Assembly (NCBI GenBank): GCA_049965935.1
Contig: JBMFVP010000002.1
Span: forward strand, 35,644-59,643
Source of the DNA: Thermocladium sp.
GTDB lineage: Archaea; Thermoproteota; Thermoprotei; Thermoproteales; Thermocladiaceae
Length of the DNA: 24,000 nt
Direction of reading: 5' to 3'
Part shown: one piece after another, positions 1 through 6,193 of the stretch
Position numbering within the stretch: position 1 is the stretch's first letter
How the letters are laid out: the number at the start of each line of letters is the position of its first letter
Notes under the pieces: generated by a model
Seen by the model: only the letters and a program-made list of their open reading frames with translations
What the model was told of the DNA's origin: nothing
Database searches by the model: none
Translations under genes and position numbers: made by a program

Positions 1-112
1 TAACTATCTCATAACCGGTCTTATCGCCCTCCATGAGAGCCCTAATTATGTAGATCCAAAGATTTTCCTTAGTTAACTTATCTATGAATCGCTTAAATGC
101 TTTTGACTCCAT
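1..112 (-). CDS. PadR-family transcriptional regulator, N-terminal fragment (gene runs off the left edge)
   Basis: Not in the ORF track because it is truncated by the window. Minus-strand ATG at 112 (alternative ATG at 115) reads MESKAFKRFIDKLTKENLWIYIIRALMEGDKTGYEIV. This fits the PadR winged-helix N-terminus (..L.iL..L....GYEI). Confidence 0.5.
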   Translation of the reverse strand, partial: MESKAFKRFIDKLTKENLWIYIIRALMEGDKTGYEIV

Positions 113-264
113 CATCAGGCTATTACTTAATTAACTATTAAGCATTTCCACGTCGAAATATGGGACAAATTCTACGTGGTCTCCCTTTTTGGATTTATTG
201 GTTCAGAAATTAAGAATGCTCCTCCTCAAGGCAAGAAGAAGGTCAATGCATGTATTGGCTTATC

Positions 265-831
265 TTAAACTAAGCCTATTGTGCCGTCTAATATAGAATT
301 AAGTATGGCAATGCATTCCCATGTCATATATGGCCTTGACCCCAATGATACTGCGGCTATTCCCTCTCGTTTAATTAACTGCTCATCCATTTGAGAAAGC
401 CCATCTTGGTTGCCTAATATGAATGCTGTCTTATTGCTAAGAGGCAGGAATTTCCTGATGGGAATTCCCTTCTCATGTAAATAAAATATTTCATAATTGT
501 CCCGCTTTAGATCACGTATTATTGTCTCCATATTACCTTGAACTCCGATATGCTTCTCATTCTTTATATTGCTTAAAATGAATTTTAAAAGGTCTGCTTC
601 ATTGATTACTGGATCATGTAACTTATTTGAATTAATCATTATTATGGGCGGATTGTTTCTCGGCATCACCGCTATAACAGTCACGTTCTGCCTAATGACT
701 AATTTATCAGCGCGCCTACCAATCATCGCGATCAGCATAGAGTTAAGCACTACATCTAGCCTACCGGATTGGAATGCTTGCTTCCCAGCATCTATGTAGG
801 CCGTATCGGATTTTATAATGAATATCCTCAC
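265..831 (-). CDS. trmY: tRNA (pseudouridine54-N1)-methyltransferase TrmY (SPOUT, DUF358 family)
   Basis: 188 aa. It has MRxFIIK.. at the N-terminus, GRLDVV, NPP, IFYLHEKG, FILGNQDG, VSLG and ILNSILD blocks, collinear with my recollection of the M. jannaschii TrmY layout. Confidence 0.7.
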   Translation of the reverse strand: MRIFIIKSDTAYIDAGKQAFQSGRLDVVLNSMLIAMIGRRADKLVIRQNVTVIAVMPRNNPPIIMINSNKLHDPVINEADLLKFILSNIKNEKHIGVQGNMETIIRDLKRDNYEIFYLHEKGIPIRKFLPLSNKTAFILGNQDGLSQMDEQLIKREGIAAVSLGSRPYMTWECIAILNSILDGTIGLV

Positions 832-874
832 AATCTCTCCGCCTCACGTGTTTGCGCTTACGGGTTTCGATATA

Positions 875-881
875 TTTATAA
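875..881 (+). promoter_or_regulatory. TATA box (TTTATAA) for rps26e, about 25 nt upstream of the ATG at 903 (leaderless-type spacing)
   Basis: TTTATAA at 875-881. The distance to ATG 903 matches the archaeal TATA-to-TSS spacing. Confidence 0.4.
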
Positions 882-902
882 ACGTTGAATACAAGGTCGC
901 CT

Positions 903-1286
903 ATGCCAAAGAAGAGGAAGAATCGTGGACGCCATAAGGGAGATAAAGGGAAGGAGTCTGTAGTCTACTGTGATAATTGTGGCCGACGAGTGCCAAGGTC
1001 AAAGGCAGTTAGAGTTACAGTGCCTTACTCTCCAGTACCAGGTGACCTAGCTAAGGATCTAGAGAAGCAAGGTGCATTAATAACCAGGTACTACGTTACA
1101 AAGACGTATTGCGTTAATTGCGCCATATACATGGGCATATTAAAGGTTAGATCCGAGAATGAGAGGAAGACAGAAAAGAGGCCGGTTGCCAGAACCCCAA
1201 CCGTGCCTAGAACTCCTCAATCAAATACCTCACCGCCTCCATCTACACAGAACCAAGCCCAGCAACCCAATACTCAAAAGTCATAG
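903..1286 (+). CDS. rps26e: 30S ribosomal protein S26e with a P/T/Q-rich C-terminal tail
   Basis: MPKKRKNRGRHKG..VYCDNCGRRVPRSKAV..YCVNCAIY is the S26e zinc-knuckle core. ATG 903 is preferred over the TTG at 885 because of the TATA spacing. The last ~35 aa are low complexity (TPTVPRTPQSNTSPPPSTQNQAQQPNTQKS). Confidence 0.85.
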   Translation: MPKKRKNRGRHKGDKGKESVVYCDNCGRRVPRSKAVRVTVPYSPVPGDLAKDLEKQGALITRYYVTKTYCVNCAIYMGILKVRSENERKTEKRPVARTPTVPRTPQSNTSPPPSTQNQAQQPNTQKS

Positions 1287-1309
1287 GTTTAATGCACATC
1301 TCTAAATCT

Positions 1310-1591
1310 CTATATTGCGGCTGCTAAGGATGCCTTTAGGCTTCTTATAAGGTCATCCACAGTGTTATGCAGCGTTAAGATTAGCGATGGGTCCTTGGTT
1401 TCTGTGCTTGCCCTATATATTAACTCATTGTTTCTGCATGATAAGCTAGTGGAGATGCAACAGGGTAAGTCCTTCTCATCAACCATTAATGATTGTGCAA
1501 TTATATGGCACTTGTTTCCCAAATTGATTGCGAGTTCTATTTCTATAGAGATACTACTCGGCTCATGATGGTTACTCCGTGATGTATACAT
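1310..1591 (-). CDS. pcc1: KEOPS complex subunit Pcc1-like protein
   Basis: About 93 aa. ISIEIEL...A..I.QSL...(hairpin)...LTLHNTVDDLIRSLKASL parallels the Pcc1 pattern (IEMEF...A..V....LRGTVNSYLRWIK). ATG 1591 is preferred over GTG 1606 because an AT-rich TATA-like tract (1615-1632) lies about 30 nt upstream. Confidence 0.5.
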   Translation of the reverse strand: MYTSRSNHHEPSSISIEIELAINLGNKCHIIAQSLMVDEKDLPCCISTSLSCRNNELIYRASTETKDPSLILTLHNTVDDLIRSLKASLAAAI

Positions 1592-1779
1592 TGATGATTT
1601 CCTCACAAAGGGTATTTTTAATTTTTTGAGCTATCCTCATTAGATAGTGATAAAAAGTGACAAACCTAGCCTTTTAAGGCGGGGGATAGATTCCTTTATT
1701 TATCAATAAGTTGTCCGTGATGATGTTTTGTAAGTAATTTGTAAAAACTGTTTTAATTAGGGCTATATTAGGATGATGC

Positions 1780-2136
1780 GTGGAGCAAGTAAATGTCTTT
1801 AAAAGAGAGAGCAGGGATACGCTTACTATAATGTTTAGCGACATAAAGGATTGGAGGAGAATGCTTATATGGTTGCTTGGAGGATCTCGAGGTGGGTGGA
1901 TGAGGTTTCAAATAATGTTAGCACTGCGGGAGAAACCAATGAATCCAAACCAGTTAGCCAAGCACTTGGGCGTTAATTATAGAACCATTATTTATCACTT
2001 GGAGATATTGGAGAAGCATGGATTAGTTACTAGGGCTAATAAAGGCTATGGCATGCCTTATTTCCTAAGTGATTATGTGGAGAAGAATTGGGAAGTAGTT
2101 GATAGTGCAGTAAGGGCAGCGAGGGGAGAGAGATGA
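1780..2136 (+). CDS. ArsR/SmtB-type winged-helix transcriptional regulator
   Basis: RFQIMLALREKPMNPNQLAKHLGVNYRTIIYHLEILEKHGLVTR is a typical ArsR HTH. The GTG start is uncertain; an internal ATG at 1831 is possible. Confidence 0.65.
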   Translation: MEQVNVFKRESRDTLTIMFSDIKDWRRMLIWLLGGSRGGWMRFQIMLALREKPMNPNQLAKHLGVNYRTIIYHLEILEKHGLVTRANKGYGMPYFLSDYVEKNWEVVDSAVRAARGER

Positions 2137-2414
2137 TAGGCATATATTGGATTATAGATATTGTATTAGTGTTTGGGGACTTGTTGCTGACGATTATGAT
2201 AGTGCGTAACTATTACTCAATAGGCTTCACTAGGATCGGTAGATTACTCTTGGTAGCTTCATTAATGTTTTTATTGGAGGGGCTAGTAATGCTTGTGACT
2301 TATTATAAGTGGGCAATCATGGGTTATGACGAAACTATAGCCTTGCCATCTCTAGCAATAACAGCAAGTAGTCTCGTGGGAATGGCCATTCTTTATTACG
2401 TATCAAAGCTCTGA
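2133..2414 (+). CDS. small integral membrane protein (3 predicted TM helices), translationally coupled to the ArsR gene
   Basis: 93 aa and hydrophobic. Its ATG overlaps the ArsR stop (ATGA, 4-nt overlap). Confidence 0.5.
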   Translation: MIGIYWIIDIVLVFGDLLLTIMIVRNYYSIGFTRIGRLLLVASLMFLLEGLVMLVTYYKWAIMGYDETIALPSLAITASSLVGMAILYYVSKL

Positions 2415-2481
2415 TTTTTCTTTCCAATAGGAAGATTGATGCTTTAACTTGTATGAATTAATTTTAATTACAATATTTTTA

Positions 2482-3261
2482 TCAGCGGGTAGTTCTTTGA
2501 GCGGCTTGCCGCTGCTGTTGCTGCATTTGTGCGCGAACCCTTCTGCATCCGCGCCCAGTGCACATTGGTGCTATGAATCCAACCTTTTGACCAGGCGGTG
2601 CATTTCTAGGTACAGGTGTACCTCCATGCTGGTGGGATCCTCCTCCATGTGGGTGGGCATATGCGCTCATTGCTTTTCCTCTAACCAATGGGTACTTCCA
2701 GGACTTACTCTTGGCTAGGTGGTACTTTACTCCGGCCTTTACCATTGGCTTCTCTGTTCTGCCGCCGCCGGCCACTATTCCTATAGTTGCCCTAGAACGG
2801 GAATCTACATCAACTATTATGCCACTGGGCAGCTGTATGCTGGTAAAGTTGCCCTTGTGCACTAACACCACTGCATATGATCCATTGGATCTAGCATATT
2901 TGCCTCCATCTCCAGGCCGCTTTTCGATATTGGATATCATCGTTCCTTCTGGTATGGACTGTATTGGCATTATATTACCGGTTTCCACGCGTGCCCCCGT
3001 GCCGAACTCTATTATTTTTCCCACGTATAATCCCTCGACTGCCGGCAGATACATTTCTCGTCCATCCTGCAGAACTATGTGAGCAGCTGGCGGAAATACC
3101 CCACTTATGTGCATTAATTCCTTCACAATGCCTTTAATTGTTTCCCGTAACTGGGATTCCTCGTATCTTACATACCGTAGGGGAGCATCGCGTCTCCACT
3201 TAGGATTAATGAATTGTGATCCTCCTCGTCCTCTTCTCTGCACTAATATTCGCTTACCCAC
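2482..3261 (-). CDS. rpl2: 50S ribosomal protein L2 (uL2) with a short Q/R-rich C-terminal extension
   Basis: 259 aa. It has GRGG, the GNIMPI..IPEGT..NIE..PGDGGK.ARS.G block and the HPHGGG..HQH motif. The tail is ..RRVRAQMQQQQRQAAQRTTR. Confidence 0.95.
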   Translation of the reverse strand: MGKRILVQRRGRGGSQFINPKWRRDAPLRYVRYEESQLRETIKGIVKELMHISGVFPPAAHIVLQDGREMYLPAVEGLYVGKIIEFGTGARVETGNIMPIQSIPEGTMISNIEKRPGDGGKYARSNGSYAVVLVHKGNFTSIQLPSGIIVDVDSRSRATIGIVAGGGRTEKPMVKAGVKYHLAKSKSWKYPLVRGKAMSAYAHPHGGGSHQHGGTPVPRNAPPGQKVGFIAPMCTGRGCRRVRAQMQQQQRQAAQRTTR

Positions 3262-3432
3262 TTTACCTCATCAAGCCGAAGCACTGCATGGTTTAAAAAA
3301 TTTGCCCTAATGTGTCGATAGAGGAATAAGTCTTGTTGTTCTAGAGGGGGGAACATTGGGCATGGCTTTCTCTTCCAGCCGTTAATTTAACACTATCTTA
3401 GAAATATATGTCAGTGTTAATATGGGATATTA

Positions 3433-3439
3433 TTTATAA
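3433..3439 (+). promoter_or_regulatory. TATA box (TTTATAA) about 29 nt upstream of the ATG at 3465
   Basis: Seen in sequence. It supports the internal ATG 3465 as the true start of the 3408..3860 ORF. Confidence 0.4.
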
Positions 3440-3464
3440 GCAAATAAGTACGCGGTATTTCTTC

Positions 3465-3860
3465 ATGGCTTCCTCTCAGGTCCAGAGGCAGGTGGTGGCT
3501 GTCGCCGCTATGGATGCACGAAATATAAAGATATATGTACTTCAGGTAATGAAGGATCTAGTGGTAAATTCAAGAGGTCGACTAGTTACGCTGAGACCAA
3601 GCAAGTTGGCGCAGGACATAAGCATCAAAAGCAGGAAGTCCCCGCGGGCTGAAAGTGTGGTTATAAGGAACTTCCTTGAGGAATTGGTGGAGAAGGGCCT
3701 TATAAAGGTAGTCAAGAGAAGCGCTAGGGGAAAGGTTTATGGCATATATAGGGAATCAGATCTTTGGAAGATGTTGGTAGGTTACCAGCCGCGCAGTATA
3801 TTGAGCCTAGTGGAGTCTGTGGAGAATGGGGAGGAATCTACCATAATAGAGCAAGCATAG
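3465..3860 (+). CDS. hypothetical winged-helix-like DNA-binding protein
   Basis: 131 aa from MASSQVQRQ... The central ..LAQDISIKSRKSPRAESVVIRNFLEELVEKGLIKVVKRSARGKVYGIY resembles a wHTH (helix-turn-helix plus wing). I recognise no family. Confidence 0.45.
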   Translation: MASSQVQRQVVAVAAMDARNIKIYVLQVMKDLVVNSRGRLVTLRPSKLAQDISIKSRKSPRAESVVIRNFLEELVEKGLIKVVKRSARGKVYGIYRESDLWKMLVGYQPRSILSLVESVENGEESTIIEQA

Positions 3861-3905
3861 CTACGGTTCCCTCACATTTTAAAATAAGCTTAAGCATAAG
3901 CCTTG

Positions 3906-4823
3906 ATGTCTCTAGATACTGGTCTTGAATTCGTTTCTGATCATGTAACAAGAGTAATAAAGAGCGAGGTGGCGCAGAAACTATATGAGGCCGGCTATAC
4001 TCAATTGAGTATATCAAGGATTCTAGGTGTTACTCAACCAATGGTTAACAAAATACTATCAGCCCATGAAGAAACTAGAAGAAAGGCCATGGAAGAGGGG
4101 CTAGATCTAAGCGATATTGATTCAATAGCAAGCGTGATTGCATCGCTTGTGATTTCAAATAAGGTTCAGGCTGCACTAGAGTACTTAACTAATAAATTAA
4201 TGCTTAATTTATCCCATTTGGATTATTGTGAATCTCATAGGCGCGTTAATCCTAAGATACCTATTGATTGTAGGGTATGCGGTTTACTGCTTAGCCCAAG
4301 GGATATAGTCATACGGAATCTAGTTACGGCAGTTAACGAGATAGAGAGCCTACCTCAATTCACTAAGTTAATACCTAGGGTATTGATGAATATAGCTGAG
4401 GCGATTCCTGATCCACGGAATGAGATGGATATAGCAGCAATTCCCGGCAGGATAGGTATAGAGAGAGGTATGCCGAAGGCTTGGGGCTTGCCATCATATG
4501 GGGTAAGCACGCATTTAGGGAGAATATTATTAAGCATCGCTCATGCAAAGCCAAAAGTACGGGCAGTTGCCTCAATTAAGCATGATAATGAAATAGAGAA
4601 TGCGATCAAGCTATCTAGACTTAGATATTCAGTATTATCTCATGAGTCCGCTCCTACAGAGGATGAAATAATAGAGCTAGTTGCGCGCGATGTATCGCTA
4701 AGGGATTTAGATGCAGTGATAGACTTGGGTGGATTTGGAATAGAACCTATAACCTACATATTTGGAATGGACTCGCTTCAAGTAATCCATAAATTAAAGA
4801 ATATACTGAGCCATATGCAATAA
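3906..4823 (+). CDS. thiR: HTH + ThiN-domain protein (ThiR-type thiamine regulator / ThiN thiamine-phosphate synthase homologue)
   Basis: N-terminal HTH (GYTQLSISRILGVTQPMVNKIL) followed by a ThiN-like domain: LIPRVLMNIAEAI, DIAAIPGRI, GVSTHLGRILL, VRAVASIKHD, VIDLGGFGIEPITYIFG. Confidence 0.65.
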   Translation: MSLDTGLEFVSDHVTRVIKSEVAQKLYEAGYTQLSISRILGVTQPMVNKILSAHEETRRKAMEEGLDLSDIDSIASVIASLVISNKVQAALEYLTNKLMLNLSHLDYCESHRRVNPKIPIDCRVCGLLLSPRDIVIRNLVTAVNEIESLPQFTKLIPRVLMNIAEAIPDPRNEMDIAAIPGRIGIERGMPKAWGLPSYGVSTHLGRILLSIAHAKPKVRAVASIKHDNEIENAIKLSRLRYSVLSHESAPTEDEIIELVARDVSLRDLDAVIDLGGFGIEPITYIFGMDSLQVIHKLKNILSHMQ

Positions 4824-4835
4824 AATTCCCTCATC

Positions 4836-4841
4836 TTTATA
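4836..4841 (+). promoter_or_regulatory. TATA box (TTTATA) placed to start transcription near 4863-4875, at the head of the GC-rich structured island
   Basis: TTTATA at 4836-4841, inside the loop of hairpin 4828-4846. The GC-rich segment begins at G4875. Confidence 0.3.
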
Positions 4842-4846
4842 GAGGG

Positions 4847-4868
4847 CATCGTCAACGATGAAATTTTT
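4847..4868 (+). terminator. hairpin CATCG-TCAA-CGATG followed by a T5 run; candidate terminator of the thiR-like gene
   Basis: Perfect 5-bp stem at 4847-4860, then AAATTTTT (T-run 4864-4868), 24-45 nt after the stop codon. Confidence 0.35.
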
Positions 4869-4874
4869 AACTTA

Positions 4875-5004
4875 GCGGGGGTTAAGGGGGCGAAAGTCCC
4901 CTTTCGTGAGGGGTATAGCCAGTTTCCTGGAGGAGGCAGGAAATCCTCACCGCGAGGCGGGGATGCCCCGTCCGTAAGGGCGGGGTAGTTCACTGCTTCA
5001 TTTT
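4875..5004 (+). ncRNA. candidate structured non-coding RNA, family unassigned
   Basis: G-rich island in an AT-rich spacer. H1 (4884-4903) is 8 bp with a GAAA loop. H2 (4906-4950) is 7 + 7 bp with a 10-nt internal loop and a GAGGAGG apical loop. H3 (4966-4985) is 8 bp with a GUAA loop. The segment ends at the T-run 5001-5004. GNRA loops exist only on the + strand reading. Confidence 0.4.
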
Positions 5005-5056
5005 AAGGGAGACTTTGAATTGGGGCCATTATGCGCTTCGTAGGATGTACTTAAAA

Positions 5057-5098
5057 CCTCGTCCTTTAGGGCGGAGAAGGGGGTCAGATAGGTAAATT
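5057..5098 (+). repeat. intergenic hairpin + G-rich tail motif, copy B
   Basis: CCTCGTCCTTTAGGGCGGAGAAGGGGGTCAGATAGGTAAATT, about 70% identical to copy C (11533-11573). The hairpin, bulged G and UUUA loop are conserved. Confidence 0.45.
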
Positions 5099-5111
5099 AT
5101 TGTGCGTTGCA

Positions 5112-5990
5112 TCATGTGCCTACCTTATCCTCTAGCCGTAGAAATGATATTAACTGCAGCATCTCGGAATTATTAGTTTTAAATATATCCTTGGCTAGTT
5201 CTATACTCTCATTCAAGTATTTATTGAGAATTGATAGTGCTTCCTCAGTCCTTCTCCCTAGTATGGTAACTATGTTTAACCCTGTCCCAGCATCCTCTGG
5301 GTTGTTAGCATCTAATCCTAAGTAATCCACTATATCATCCCTGACTTGATATGCAATTCCCATGAGGTTGCCCAGCTTCCTTAGTTTAGCTATTGTGTCT
5401 TTATCCGCATTAGCAGCATAACCGCCGACTACCAGTGCAGCTTCTATTAATGATGACGTCTTGTATGAAACCGTTTTTATATAATCATTTAGGGTGGTCT
5501 TCTTCATGTACTTATATTCCATCTCATATGATTGACCAATGGAGAGCTTTATTGAAGCATTTATCAATTCGAAAACAATCTTCTTATCCGACATTATCGC
5601 ATATTCTATCGACTTAGCTATTATTAAATCGCTGGCAAGCATGGTATTTTCCAGCCCAAACATGTGGAACGGCGTATTACTTCCTCGCCTCACTGCATGG
5701 CCATCCATTATATCATCTTGAAGCAGAGAGGCTATGTGGACTAGTTCAACTGCCACGGCTGGCCTAACTGCATTTATTATATTGCCGCCAAGAGAATATG
5801 TGGTTAATAGAGTTAGCATTGGCCTCACTAGTTTTCCTCTATTAGTTAAGTAATGCCTAACGGCATTTTTTAATGCCTCTGGCATATCAATTCCCATAAA
5901 AATTTTCTCTAATTCGCTAGATACCATATTTAATCCGCTTAACACGACGCTAGGTAACGATATCATTTTGCTTTCCCTATATTTCTCCAT
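5112..5990 (-). CDS. idsA: trans-polyprenyl diphosphate synthase (geranylgeranyl/farnesylgeranyl diphosphate synthase type)
   Basis: 292 aa. First Asp-rich motif LLQDDIMDGHAVRRG and second motif YQVRDDIVDY. Chain length cannot be called from sequence alone. Confidence 0.85.
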   Translation of the reverse strand: MEKYRESKMISLPSVVLSGLNMVSSELEKIFMGIDMPEALKNAVRHYLTNRGKLVRPMLTLLTTYSLGGNIINAVRPAVAVELVHIASLLQDDIMDGHAVRRGSNTPFHMFGLENTMLASDLIIAKSIEYAIMSDKKIVFELINASIKLSIGQSYEMEYKYMKKTTLNDYIKTVSYKTSSLIEAALVVGGYAANADKDTIAKLRKLGNLMGIAYQVRDDIVDYLGLDANNPEDAGTGLNIVTILGRRTEEALSILNKYLNESIELAKDIFKTNNSEMLQLISFLRLEDKVGT

Positions 5991-6193
5991 AGGTAAATAA
6001 GTTTTTCACTTATAGAAAAATGGCCTGGATGGGGGTCACATAATCATGGGCAAATTCATTAATATATGGATATTACCATTTTTAACAAGAAAAATAGGAT
6101 TTATGTTTAATAATGATATTGAGGTTCCCCAGTGGAGTAGGAGGTGTTCTTAGTAAAAATATTTATTATGCATTGTACCTGGCCAACTGATTC

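Noticed and set aside
1717-1760. C/D box sRNA starting at GUGAUGA (1717-1723)
   Set aside because: No CUGA D box or C'/D' pair lies within 70 nt, the region is AT-rich, and it more likely belongs to the divergent pcc1/ArsR promoter region.
4778-4993. 71-aa minus-strand ORF (MNYPALTDGASPPRGEDF...) across the GC-rich island
   Set aside because: It overlaps the 3' end of the thiR-like gene and runs through the hairpin-rich segment. The Pro/Gly/Arg-rich composition is what a GC-rich structured RNA gives when translated. There is no TATA box or Shine-Dalgarno support.
4875-5062. tRNA, intron-containing tRNA or split-tRNA half in the GC-rich island
   Set aside because: It starts with a plausible acceptor strand, GCGGGGG, but no complementary CCCCCGC follows. 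There is no GTTCRAATC-type T-loop on either strand, no D-arm with GG, and no 7-nt anticodon loop with U33. The hairpin loops are GNRA or purine-only.
4875-5100. SRP (7S) RNA, including the permuted form known in Thermoproteus
   Set aside because: There is no helix-8 signature (GNAR loop flanked by the AGCA / GG(A/U)C internal loops), and the island is much shorter than about 300 nt. CCAG-GAAA-CUGG on the minus strand lacks the flanking conserved loops.
4824-5111. TPP riboswitch next to the ThiR-like gene
   Set aside because: The conserved CUGAGA and ACCUGAUCUGGAUAAUGCCAGCG-type elements are absent on both strands. The downstream gene (idsA) is convergent, so there is nothing to regulate in cis.
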